From assembly GCA_965262775.1 (NCBI GenBank), contig CBDHFT010000006.1, positions 257,325 through 321,324 on the forward strand: DNA of 64,000 nucleotides, written 5' to 3'. Source of the DNA: Alphaproteobacteria bacterium (GTDB taxonomy: Bacteria > Pseudomonadota > Alphaproteobacteria > JASGCL01). The position numbers were made by a program, and so were the translations under genes. Under the pieces are notes generated by a model. It saw only the letters and a list, made by a program, of their open reading frames with translations. It made no database searches and was not told the DNA's origin. Position 1 is the first letter of the stretch, and each line of letters starts with the position of its first letter. Shown here one piece after another: positions 1 through 8,968 of this stretch.

Positions 1-581
1 AGGGGGAGGAAGGGCTCCCCCCGTTTGCTCGCGCTTGTCAAATAATCGCCGCGACTTTGGTTAAGCAAAATAACTTCTTGGGCATGGTCCAGGTTAAACC
101 CATAACCCAAATGCGATAGTAAATTATATTCAAATCGGCAGTAAGTCGAAAGGTAATCATCATCGCCTGTTTTATCGGATGGCGCGGTTGGCGAATGCGA
201 TGGTTCGGTTCTAAAATATTCCAACAGGTTTAGGCTATCGTGATAGAGGCTTACCATCGGCATGCGTTCGGGCAACAGGGTGGTCAGCAACACCAAGGCC
301 GATTCAAAGGCACGTAATTTTTTGGCAGAAAAAGATAGGGCATAACCGCCAAAGGGTTCGATAAGTTCGGTGCGCCATTCCCCCAAATGTTCTTCCAACC
401 TTGCTTGCCATTTTACTTTGAGCAAATTGCCGCGTTGAAATTGCGTGCTGTTGGATTTGGAACGGGTGTAGCGATGGATGCCCGTGCACAGCCCATGGTC
501 CTTGGTAAAGATAAAAAGTCGCAGCGAGCGTTCTTGAAAATTGATGGAGCGGGTAATGAACCCTTCGTCTTGCCATTGCAT
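1..581 (-). CDS. recO: DNA repair protein RecO, N-terminal ~193 codons only (the C-terminus runs off the left edge of the window)
   Basis: It is absent from the ORF track because it has no stop codon inside the window. Manual translation of the minus strand from the ATG at 581-579 gives MQWQDEGFITRSINFQERSLRLFIFTKDHGLCTGIHRYTRSK...NLLSHLGYGFNLDHAQ with no stop down to position 1. The MxWxDEG start and the LGYGFxLD region are typical RecO landmarks. The listed ORFs 304..576 and 413..694 are other frames of this gene. Confidence 0.75.
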   Translation of the reverse strand, partial: MQWQDEGFITRSINFQERSLRLFIFTKDHGLCTGIHRYTRSKSNSTQFQRGNLLKVKWQARLEEHLGEWRTELIEPFGGYALSFSAKKLRAFESALVLLTTLLPERMPMVSLYHDSLNLLEYFRTEPSHSPTAPSDKTGDDDYLSTYCRFEYNLLSHLGYGFNLDHAQEVILLNQSRGDYLTSASKRGEPFLP

Positions 582-687
582 TTTTTTACGATATATTGAT
601 TCGTTGTTCTTACCAATTGCATAAATCGAATCCAGCGTTTATAAAAAAATATAAAAATGAAAGGCAAAGAATTGCTACAATAGTTTG

Positions 688-715
688 TTGACATTTTTGC
701 TATCCTTGATATAAT
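688..715 (+). promoter_or_regulatory. Consensus sigma70-type promoter (TTGACA, 16 nt, TATAAT)
   Basis: TTGACA lies at 688-693 and TATAAT at 710-715, separated by 16 nt, in the AT-rich recO/CNNM intergenic region. The next plus-strand start codon is at 1042, about 320 nt downstream. Confidence 0.5.
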
Positions 716-1041
716 GGCTTAATTTTATTTTAGGGGTTTATAATTTATTTGCATTTTACATGTCGCGCAATATTTATGGTGGGTTTTGCCTGCAATATAA
801 TTAACAACCGCGTCGCCATCGTTTCCATATTCTGACAAACATCATGATGTTGATTCATATAATAAATTCATAAACTGCCTTTTTTGTAATATATCATGCC
901 TGACCCCCTCCAGAGATTTTTTTCTCACCTTTTTTTTATTATTTGCTGTTCTGTTTTTATTGCTCGCCGTGGCGGGCAGGGGGCGCAACATAACCGCGCC
1001 ATGCAAACGCTGGCTGGGATTGATGGGGGAGTAGGGATATA

Positions 1042-2343
1042 ATGGAAGCATTGACCATGTACTTGCCACAAATGATATGGCTGGTTGGATTGTTGTTATT
1101 GTCGGCCTGTTTTTCCATGGCGGAAACCGCCATTGCTTCGGCGTCATTACCGCGCATGGTGGCGATAAGGCATGAAAAAAAATCGCGCAGCGCGGCGCAT
1201 GCGGTGCTTATTTTAAAAAACAAAGAACGATGGATAACCGTCATGTTGCTTTGCAATAATTTGCTGAATGTTTTCTTATCGGCTTATTTTACTTATTTCA
1301 TGACCAGCCTTTATGGGGTGAAGGGGTTGGCGGTGGCGACGATTATTATCAGCGTGGTGGTGGTAGTATTCGGGGAGGTCATACCAAAAAATATTGCTAT
1401 TTACCTCGCCGACAAAATTGTGCTCACCTTTGCTTACCCATTGATATTCGTTGGTTATATAACGCGACCCCTGACATGGTTGATGGATGGTATAAGCAGG
1501 TTGGTTATTTTATTATTTGGTTTTAAAAAAGATGGCGCCAGCGAAGCCGATAGGGAGTTGCGAGGCGTCATAGAAATGCAACAAAAAGACGGCACGGTGG
1601 AAAAGCATGAAAAAATGATGTTGCGTTCGATTCTTGATTTGGCCGACAATGCGTTGGATAGTGCCATGACTCATCGCAATTCGGTGGAAATGATATCAAC
1701 CGATTGGTCGCCCAAAAAAATCCGCGATGCTATCATGGCTTCGCGCTATAACCATATTCCGCTTTATCAAGACGACCCCGATAAAATTATTGGCGTATTT
1801 GATACCAAAAAATTGTTGAAGACCGAAAGCTGGCAACATAGTTTAAGTAAAAAACAATTGATTAAGTTGGTAAGCAAGGCGTGGTTCGTTCCTATTTCGA
1901 CGACGCTGGCTCATCAGTTGCAAGCCTTTCGCCAGCAGGGCAAACATTTCGCCATTGTCATCGACGAATATGGCATATTCAAAGGCGTGGTAACGTTAGA
2001 AGATATTTTGGGAGAGATTGTGGGCGAGATTGAAGATACTGACAAAAGGAAGAAAGACATAGTGCGCACGGCAGAGGGGGCGGTGATAGTCAAGGGCACG
2101 GTGACGGTGCGGAATTTGAATCGCGAATATGGTTGGGATTTGCCCGAGGAGGGAATCAACACGGTGGCGGGTTTGTTGCTGCGCGAGGCAAAAATTGTCC
2201 CCGAGGTTGGCATGGGTATTACAGCTTTCGGCTTTCATTTTGTGGTGTTGGAATTAGAAAAACAGCAGATAAAAAGAATAAAAATCCGCAAATTAAAAAT
2301 AAAAAAACCAAAATCCAAAATCCGACTTTTGTCGATGATGTAG
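1042..2343 (+). CDS. CNNM/CorC/TlyC-family membrane protein (DUF21 transmembrane domain, CBS pair, CorC_HlyC domain)
   Basis: The 433-aa product has a hydrophobic N-terminal DUF21-like region (LLLLSACFSMAETAI, FGEVIPKNIA). A central CBS-like region and a C-terminal transporter-associated region follow. It ends in a Lys-rich tail. Confidence 0.8.
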   Translation: MEALTMYLPQMIWLVGLLLLSACFSMAETAIASASLPRMVAIRHEKKSRSAAHAVLILKNKERWITVMLLCNNLLNVFLSAYFTYFMTSLYGVKGLAVATIIISVVVVVFGEVIPKNIAIYLADKIVLTFAYPLIFVGYITRPLTWLMDGISRLVILLFGFKKDGASEADRELRGVIEMQQKDGTVEKHEKMMLRSILDLADNALDSAMTHRNSVEMISTDWSPKKIRDAIMASRYNHIPLYQDDPDKIIGVFDTKKLLKTESWQHSLSKKQLIKLVSKAWFVPISTTLAHQLQAFRQQGKHFAIVIDEYGIFKGVVTLEDILGEIVGEIEDTDKRKKDIVRTAEGAVIVKGTVTVRNLNREYGWDLPEEGINTVAGLLLREAKIVPEVGMGITAFGFHFVVLELEKQQIKRIKIRKLKIKKPKSKIRLLSMM

Positions 2344-2365
2344 GCTATGCTAAGGTGATAATATA

Positions 2366-2944
2366 ATGACTCAAGACGTATCGCCAGACAACATGATGCC
2401 CGCGGTAACGGCGCGGCGCGAAATTTATCATACGCGGCGTATCGAAGCGGCGGGTTTTAAACGCGATGATGGTTTGTGGGATATCGAGGCCTGGTTAAAA
2501 GATACCAAGGGTTATGATTTCGAAAATTTTGACCGTGGAAAAATTTTGGCGGGCCACCCCCTCCATGAAATGCGTTTGCGCTTAACATTAAATGATAACA
2601 TGATGATTGTCGCCGCGCACGCGGTTACCAACGCCGCCCCTTATCGCATTTGCCCTGACATCACGCCCGATTATTTTAAAAAATTGGTGGGGGTGCCGAT
2701 TGCGGCTGGCTTTTCAAAAAAAGTAAAGATGCTGTTCGGTGGGGTGGCGGGTTGCACGCACCTGACCGATATGTTGCCCATCATGGCCACCGTGGCTTAT
2801 CAAACCATCGCCACCGCAAAATTGCGCGATGCGGGCCAGGTGCAGCGGCAGAGCGAAACACTGGCCCCGTTGGTTAATACTTGCCATGGATTTGCCGAAA
2901 ACAAAATGGTGGTGCAACATTATAAAGAGGCCTGGAAAAAATAA
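2366..2944 (+). CDS. DUF2889-family protein
   Basis: The 192-aa product contains GVAGCTHLTDMLP, and its overall pattern matches my recollection of DUF2889. Its stop overlaps the folA start in the sequence TAATG at 2942-2946. Confidence 0.55.
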   Translation: MTQDVSPDNMMPAVTARREIYHTRRIEAAGFKRDDGLWDIEAWLKDTKGYDFENFDRGKILAGHPLHEMRLRLTLNDNMMIVAAHAVTNAAPYRICPDITPDYFKKLVGVPIAAGFSKKVKMLFGGVAGCTHLTDMLPIMATVAYQTIATAKLRDAGQVQRQSETLAPLVNTCHGFAENKMVVQHYKEAWKK

Positions 2945-3567
2945 TGACGCAGGATACTACGTCAGCAAAAATTTCGCTGGTCTTCGCTTTTGCTTATCAC
3001 CAAGCCAAAAAAATTATTGGCGATAGAGACGGACTGCTATGGCACCTCGCCGAGGATCTCAAGAATTTTAAAAAAATAACCCTGGGGAATGTTGTGAAAC
3101 ATGATGCAGGGGCGGTGGCAGGCGAACCTGGCGCGACACCCGCCGTCATCATGGGACGTAAAACATGGGATAGTTTGCCGCGCAAACCCTTGCCCCATCG
3201 CCACAATATAATTATTAGTCGGCAAAAAAACCTACCCTTGCCCGAAGGGGCATATTTGTTTTCAGATATGGAGGAAGCCATAGCCCATTGCCGAACCAAG
3301 CGATGGACGACCGCGGTGATTGGCGGGGCGCAGATATTTGCCGAGGCTTACCCGCTGGCTGATATTATCTATGCCACCGAATTATTGGGCGAAAATATAT
3401 TGAATCGCCAACCCGTCGAGCCCTGTTATTTGGAGATTCCCTACGAACAAGATTATAAGTTGGTTGAGGAAGTTCATTTTCCTCAGGCGGCGATACCCTT
3501 TACCGTGAGGGAATATCATCGCAAAGATTCGCAATTTGCGCCGCAGGTAAAAAAATTATTAGGTTAA
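2944..3567 (+). CDS. folA: Dihydrofolate reductase with an internal insertion
   Basis: The motifs ISLVFA...IGDRDGLLWHLAEDLKNFKKITLG ... VIMGRKTWDSLPRKPLPHRHNIIISR are colinear with E. coli FolA (PWNLPADLAWFKRNTL..PVIMGRHTWESI..PLPGRKNIILS). About 17 extra residues sit before VIMGR. Confidence 0.85.
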   Translation: MTQDTTSAKISLVFAFAYHQAKKIIGDRDGLLWHLAEDLKNFKKITLGNVVKHDAGAVAGEPGATPAVIMGRKTWDSLPRKPLPHRHNIIISRQKNLPLPEGAYLFSDMEEAIAHCRTKRWTTAVIGGAQIFAEAYPLADIIYATELLGENILNRQPVEPCYLEIPYEQDYKLVEEVHFPQAAIPFTVREYHRKDSQFAPQVKKLLG

Positions 3568-3587
3568 TTCCTAGCACCCCAAGCAAA

Positions 3588-4262
3588 TTATTTGTCGCGG
3601 ATTTTTTTTATCAAGGCTGGCAATAACGCCAACAAACCCAAACCCGTGAAGGCCAACAAAATATTGGGGGAGATTAAACCCGATAAGGACGAAATATTAC
3701 CAAGTTCTTTACCAAGGTTGGCGAAGATGAAACTGGCGGGGGCAATACCCAACAGGGTGGTTATAAAAAATACCGAAACCGAAACATTGCAAAATGCCGC
3801 AACGATATTGACCAAAAAAAATGGAAAGGCGGGAACCAAACGCAAAAATAACAATCCCGACCATTGGTTTTTTTCCAATTCGACAGCAATTTTATTGTAA
3901 AGCCCTTTTGATTGCGCGGCTTTTTTTCTTAAATTTTCGCCCAGCGATGTTTTGGCAACCCAAAAAAGAATGGTCGCGCCGCATGTTGCGCCCAACACCG
4001 TCAATGTGCCGCCGAGCCAAGCACCAAAGAAAAACCCCGAGCTTAAAGTTAAGAGGCTAGCCGTGGGCAAGCCCAAGGCAACTATCACCATGTAAATGAA
4101 TAAGAAACCAAATATTGCCAAGAAAAAATGCTCATGAATAAAACCATCGATGACACCTTTTTTTTCTTGTAATAATTCCAGCGACAAACCATAATGTTTG
4201 ATAAGATAAAAACCAAACAGCGAAGCCGTTAATAACACCAGTAGGGGGAGTATCTTTTTCAT
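3588..4262 (-). CDS. TVP38/TMEM64 (DedA-related) family membrane protein
   Basis: The 224-aa polytopic membrane protein carries a LRLVPAFPFFLVN motif typical of the TVP38/YdjX family. Its ATG overlaps the stop of the upstream ABC ATPase by 1 nt. Confidence 0.75.
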   Translation of the reverse strand: MKKILPLLVLLTASLFGFYLIKHYGLSLELLQEKKGVIDGFIHEHFFLAIFGFLFIYMVIVALGLPTASLLTLSSGFFFGAWLGGTLTVLGATCGATILFWVAKTSLGENLRKKAAQSKGLYNKIAVELEKNQWSGLLFLRLVPAFPFFLVNIVAAFCNVSVSVFFITTLLGIAPASFIFANLGKELGNISSLSGLISPNILLAFTGLGLLALLPALIKKIRDK

Positions 4263-4987
4263 TAGGAAAGCAAACTACCCGTCAAAAATTTCTTTTGCAA
4301 GGCGTTTTGCGGCTTGTTAAAAAAGTCGTTATTTTTTTGGCAAGTCACCACCATGCCTTTATTCATCAGGGCGATATCATCGGCCAGACGTTTTGCCTGG
4401 TTAAGGTCGTGGCTGACAAAAATAATTCTTATGCCCTTGGCCAATTCTTGGCGCACCAAATTTTCAAACTGCGCCGTGGCTTCATGGTCAAGGTGCGCCG
4501 TTGGCTCATCCATCAACAGCAGGGCGGGATTAATAATCAGCGCGCGCGCCATGGCCAAACGTTGCTGTTCGCCACCCGATAGCGAACTGGCGCGTTGCTG
4601 ACGCAGGTGGGTTAGGTTGCAATCAATCAGCAATTGCTCGGCGCGTTGCATTTCCTTGTCGGTTAGGCCGCGCCCCATGATGCGATGCAAAGAATTGCTC
4701 AGCGGAAATATTAAATTTTGCCATACCGAACGGTTGAGGAAAACCGGGCGTTGGAAAACAAAACTAACATTTTTTGGTTTTTGCGCAATTTGAGCAAAGC
4801 CAGCTTGGGGTTTTATCAAACCATCGATGATATTTAATAATATTGTTTTGCCCGCACCGTTGGGGCCCAACAGAAAAAGACAATTGGTAACGGGCAAGGT
4901 GGCGTTAAGGTTATTAAAAATAACATTGCCGCCAAGCGTCAGGGATAGGTTTTTAATTTTTAATTGCATCTTGTAATACAAAAACAA
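4262..4987 (-). CDS. ABC transporter ATP-binding protein
   Basis: It has Walker A GPNGAGKT, the ABC signature LSGGEQQR and Walker B LLLMDEP. The track start at 4987 is a TTG. An ATG at 4969 (MQLKIKNLSL) is an equally plausible start. Confidence 0.9.
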   Translation of the reverse strand: MFLYYKMQLKIKNLSLTLGGNVIFNNLNATLPVTNCLFLLGPNGAGKTILLNIIDGLIKPQAGFAQIAQKPKNVSFVFQRPVFLNRSVWQNLIFPLSNSLHRIMGRGLTDKEMQRAEQLLIDCNLTHLRQQRASSLSGGEQQRLAMARALIINPALLLMDEPTAHLDHEATAQFENLVRQELAKGIRIIFVSHDLNQAKRLADDIALMNKGMVVTCQKNNDFFNKPQNALQKKFLTGSLLS

Positions 4988-5645
4988 TGGTGTTGAGGAT
5001 AAGGGCGACGGCCAATAAAACCGCCCCCATGGCCAGGGCGATATAAAAATTTCCTTGGCTTATTTGCAATGAAATGTCGGTGGTTAGAACGCGGGTTTGC
5101 CCCTGTATATTACCGCCGACAATGGCGACCGCACCAATAGCCGACAGGGCGCGCGAAAAACCATTGGCAAGCATGGTAAGAATTTGAATGCGGCCTTCAA
5201 AAATAATAGTCAGTGCAGATAACCATTTGCTTTTTTTGAGCGATTTGAACAGCAGTCGATATTTTTCATAAACCTGGGATATTTGTTGTTGGCTGGTAAA
5301 AATAACGAATGGCAAAACCAAAATACTTTGCGCCATAACCATCGCGGTCGGACTAAAAAGCCAATTTAACCAACCAAGCGGCCCAACATGCGACAGCAAC
5401 AAAAAAACCAACAGACCAATAACCACCGAAGGGAAAGCAAGGAAGCTGCTCACCGCCAACAACAATAATTTCTTGCCGCGGAAACTATTCATACCGATAA
5501 GCAGCCCCATTGGAAAGCCAACAATAAAGGCGATAGCTATGCTATAAAAAGCTACCCAAAAACTTAAATAAATAACATGATAAAATTCTAATTCGGTAAG
5601 GGGATTCATGATGCAAGTTCTATTACAACCATCATTTATTGTCAA
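4953..5645 (-). CDS. ABC transporter permease, TupB/COG4662-like (anion/tungstate-type)
   Basis: The 230-aa product has about 5-6 transmembrane segments. The loop GFSRALSAIGAVAIVGGNIQGQTRVLTTDI resembles the conserved loop of TupB-type permeases. It overlaps the downstream ATPase gene. Confidence 0.7.
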   Translation of the reverse strand: MTINDGCNRTCIMNPLTELEFYHVIYLSFWVAFYSIAIAFIVGFPMGLLIGMNSFRGKKLLLLAVSSFLAFPSVVIGLLVFLLLSHVGPLGWLNWLFSPTAMVMAQSILVLPFVIFTSQQQISQVYEKYRLLFKSLKKSKWLSALTIIFEGRIQILTMLANGFSRALSAIGAVAIVGGNIQGQTRVLTTDISLQISQGNFYIALAMGAVLLAVALILNTIVFVLQDAIKN

Positions 5646-5684
5646 ACCAAGTGCAGGAGATTTTTTATTGAGAAGGTCAGGTAT

Positions 5685-6476
5685 TTATGCCACGAAACAT
5701 AAAAAATTGTCGTCCGACATGTCAGGGGCAAATTGGTAATTATCGATGGTAAAGTTTTTTATATCTGCCAGGCTTATTTTTTTATGGGTTGCCATATGTT
5801 TGATAATGGCCGACGCCAATAACCCGCGATATTTTTTTATCATCATGCCAGGGCTCTGCCACGCGCCGTTTTTCTTCATTTTGAAATCGGTCGTGACAAA
5901 ATGGGCGGGCAATTTTTTGGCGGCAATCACCGATGAATATTCATGAGAGGCACAGTTAACAATCATCTCCTTTTCATCTTGCAAGTGATTGGTAATTTTT
6001 TCTTGCCAAAACTGATATAGGTTTTTTGCGCCGTCAATGGGCAAAACCGTTCCCATTTCCATACGATAAGGTTGGATAAGGTCGAATGGTTTTAACAAAC
6101 CATAAAGCCCCGATAAAATATACAAATGATTGGCCGCAACCTGTTGCTCGGCGTTGTTCCATGCGGTTGGGTTTAACCCTTGGAAAGTATCACCCGCGAA
6201 GGTAAAAACCGCGGGCGTGCCGATATGTGGGTTGGGTTGAAAAGATAAAAAACGGTCGCGGTTTTCCACCGCCAATTTGTCCGAAATAGCCATCTTGTCG
6301 GCTAAGAATTTTTTTAAATCGCTCGGTTTTTTGGTTTGTAATTCTTTAACAATCTGCAGTGCTTCTTTAAAAAAAATGGGCTGTTTTTGCGATGACTTGG
6401 GCAAGGGATGTGTGGCGCGTGCCGTTATTTGGTTCGCCGTGTATAGTTTTTTGGCGGGCGAGATAATAACCAACAT
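5685..6476 (-). CDS. yaaA: Peroxide stress protein YaaA (UPF0246)
   Basis: The MLVIISPAKKL N-terminus and a length of 263 aa are characteristic of YaaA. Confidence 0.85.
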   Translation of the reverse strand: MLVIISPAKKLYTANQITARATHPLPKSSQKQPIFFKEALQIVKELQTKKPSDLKKFLADKMAISDKLAVENRDRFLSFQPNPHIGTPAVFTFAGDTFQGLNPTAWNNAEQQVAANHLYILSGLYGLLKPFDLIQPYRMEMGTVLPIDGAKNLYQFWQEKITNHLQDEKEMIVNCASHEYSSVIAAKKLPAHFVTTDFKMKKNGAWQSPGMMIKKYRGLLASAIIKHMATHKKISLADIKNFTIDNYQFAPDMSDDNFLCFVA

Positions 6477-6478
6477 AG

Positions 6479-7450
6479 TTAATTTTTTGCCAGATCGGTA
6501 TTTTTTGGTAAAAGCTGGGCATTAAATTTTTTGCCATACCAATTGACTTGCCAATGCAAATGGGGGGCGGTGGTGCGACCGCTGTTGCCCGACATGGCGA
6601 TGACCTGGCCTTGCTTTACAATATCTCCCTCCTTCACTTGAAAATGGTCCAGGTGCATAAAAATGGATTGCACCCCTATGCCATGGTCAATAACCATGAT
6701 GTTGCCTGGCATGAAAAATTTTTGTGCCAAAACAACTTTGCCAGATTGGGGCGCGAGCACGGGGGTGCCAATTTTCAACGCCAGGTCCACCCCATAATGC
6801 GGGGTGCGTGGTTCACCATTAAGAATACGCTGGCTGCCATAGACGCCGCTGATGCGCGCCTCGGCTGGCCAAATAAATGTTTGCAGGGGCGAGAAATTGG
6901 TTTCGTCGCTGGTTTTACGCAACTCAACAATCTGTTTATTTTGTGAATTGATGAGGGCCACCTGCTCAACATTGGGGTTGACATATTGGTTGTTTAACCC
7001 CGTCAGGCTTTGAATATCATAAACCGATTTTTGTATTTGAAATTTTTTGATTATCTTGCTGTTGTCGGTTAGGACAAATGTTATTTCTTGCTCCAGCGAA
7101 TCTTCACGGTCGAAGGCAATAAAAAATTGGCGGGGAGTTTTTTTTGTTTCATCGCCAGGCGATAAAGAAAGTTCGCGCCCGCCATAGATAACCGATATCA
7201 CATTGTCTTTTGCATTTTTATCGGGCGACAGCGGTGGCACGCGGCCAATCATAAAACCGCCCTGTTGCAATTTACCGCGCACAAAAAATTCGGGGTGCAC
7301 CGCGGGGGTGGGGCTGGTCGCAACCTGGTTGCCGAGTTTGGCGGGGGCAACCGCGGTTTGTTCCTGGCCATAGGCCAACGAATGAAAAAAAGATCCTAAA
7401 AAAAGGAGGCTGATAAAATAATATCTTACAGGGCGATTCATGTGTTTCAT
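6479..7450 (-). CDS. M23-family metallopeptidase (LytM-type) with signal peptide
   Basis: HYGVDLA (HxxxD) and APHLHWQV (HxH) motifs are present. The N-terminus is a hydrophobic signal-like sequence. Confidence 0.85.
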   Translation of the reverse strand: MKHMNRPVRYYFISLLFLGSFFHSLAYGQEQTAVAPAKLGNQVATSPTPAVHPEFFVRGKLQQGGFMIGRVPPLSPDKNAKDNVISVIYGGRELSLSPGDETKKTPRQFFIAFDREDSLEQEITFVLTDNSKIIKKFQIQKSVYDIQSLTGLNNQYVNPNVEQVALINSQNKQIVELRKTSDETNFSPLQTFIWPAEARISGVYGSQRILNGEPRTPHYGVDLALKIGTPVLAPQSGKVVLAQKFFMPGNIMVIDHGIGVQSIFMHLDHFQVKEGDIVKQGQVIAMSGNSGRTTAPHLHWQVNWYGKKFNAQLLPKNTDLAKN

Positions 7451-7484
7451 TTTTACGCTTTTTTTACCTAAGACGCAAGATGCC

Positions 7485-8960
7485 TTAGCTGGGTTTCTTC
7501 GCCATGGTAACTTCTATCGCGCCGTCGGCAAATTCTATCGCCATGTTTTTATCGGGGTTAAGGTTTTTTTGTCGCGCCACAATTTGTTGGCCCTGGCGCA
7601 CAATACTGTAACCGCGTTGCAGTGTTTTTTTGTATGACAAGGATTCCAACAAACGCCCCGATGATGATAGTTTTTCTTCCTGCTGTTTGAAAAAATATTT
7701 TTGCCAATGGAGCAAATGTTGATGGGTATTTTGTAAATGATTATTTTTTTGGGCGATGATGTTGGCGGGCGAGAGAATACGCGCGCGCCAATGTCGCAAG
7801 GTTTCTTGTGGTTTGGTGATGGCGCGTTGCGCCAACATGGTCATGCTGTCTTGCAATTGTTGTGTATGGCGCAACATGTCGGCCAACAAAAATGGCAAAG
7901 CCATTTCGGCGGCGGCGGTGGGGGTGGGGGCGCGGGCGTCGGCCGCAAAATCTATCAATGTTGTGTCGGTTTCATGGCCAATGGCGGAAATGATGGGAAT
8001 ACCGCTTGCCGCCACGGCGCGCACCACCGCTTCTTCGTTAAAGGTCCAGAGGTCTTCAAGCGAGCCGCCGCCGCGTGCAATGATTAAAACATCGGGTTTG
8101 GGAAATTGGTCATGATGTGGCGTCAGGTTGTTCATGGCGGCGATGGCTTGGCAAATGTCGTTGGCGGCCCCTTCACCCTGGACCAACACGGGGTAAATAA
8201 TAATATGGCATGGGAAGCGCGCCCGCACGCGGTGGATGATGTCGCGTATCACCGCCCCCGTGGGCGAGGTAATAACGCCGATGATTTTGGGAAAATGGGG
8301 CAGGGGTTTTTTGCGCGCGCTGTCAAACAACCCCTCGGCCAATAATTTTTGTTTGCGCTGTTCCAGAATTTGTAACAAATTACCCGTGCCCGCCAATTCC
8401 AAACGGTCGATGAATAATTGATAATTGGAACGCGCGGTGTAGGTGCTTATTTTTCCCGTGGCGACCACCATCATGCCTTCGGCTGGGACGAATGGTAAAT
8501 AAGAAAAACGGTGCGATAATAAAAAACAATTGAGGAGCGCGGTTTCTTTTTCATCCGAATCTTTCAAATTAAAATAACCATGGCCCGACGGGGCGCGTTT
8601 GAAACTGGAAATTTCGCCCAACACCCGCACATGGTCGAATTGTTGTTCGATTGTTTTTTTTAATCGGGTAGAAATGGTGGCAACGGTTTCGGGGGAATCG
8701 TTGCGGGTATTATTGTGGGGCCTGTTGTCATGCTGCGCGGTGGCGGGTGATGATTTGTCCATAACCCCCGCGGGGGTGGTGCCACCCATGACGGTGGTTA
8801 TATCGACTGGTTTATGTTTTTTATTGGGCTTGGGTGAAGCGGGCGATGCCCCACCCGATGCCCCACTCAATACCCTATGCTCTGATACCCCACGCGATTT
8901 TTTTGTCGACGCCGCGGGGGCCATGATAGAAAACAAATCGGGAAGTTTTTGTTTGGTCAT
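7485..8960 (-). CDS. xseA: Exodeoxyribonuclease VII large subunit
   Basis: It has the OB-fold signature VRVLGEISSFKRAPSGHGYFNLKD and the catalytic region IIARGGGSLEDLWTFNEE. I prefer the ATG at 8960 (MTKQKLPDLF) over the track start at 9008, which overlaps the upstream gene by 40 nt. Confidence 0.85.
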   Translation of the reverse strand: MTKQKLPDLFSIMAPAASTKKSRGVSEHRVLSGASGGASPASPKPNKKHKPVDITTVMGGTTPAGVMDKSSPATAQHDNRPHNNTRNDSPETVATISTRLKKTIEQQFDHVRVLGEISSFKRAPSGHGYFNLKDSDEKETALLNCFLLSHRFSYLPFVPAEGMMVVATGKISTYTARSNYQLFIDRLELAGTGNLLQILEQRKQKLLAEGLFDSARKKPLPHFPKIIGVITSPTGAVIRDIIHRVRARFPCHIIIYPVLVQGEGAANDICQAIAAMNNLTPHHDQFPKPDVLIIARGGGSLEDLWTFNEEAVVRAVAASGIPIISAIGHETDTTLIDFAADARAPTPTAAAEMALPFLLADMLRHTQQLQDSMTMLAQRAITKPQETLRHWRARILSPANIIAQKNNHLQNTHQHLLHWQKYFFKQQEEKLSSSGRLLESLSYKKTLQRGYSIVRQGQQIVARQKNLNPDKNMAIEFADGAIEVTMAKKPS

Positions 8961-8968
8961 GGTGCGGG

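Noticed and set aside
304-694. Listed ORFs 304..576(-), 387..599(+) and 413..694(-).
   Set aside because: They overlap the recO reading frame, which is open from 581 to the window edge and has a recognisable RecO N-terminus. Their products look like random sequence.
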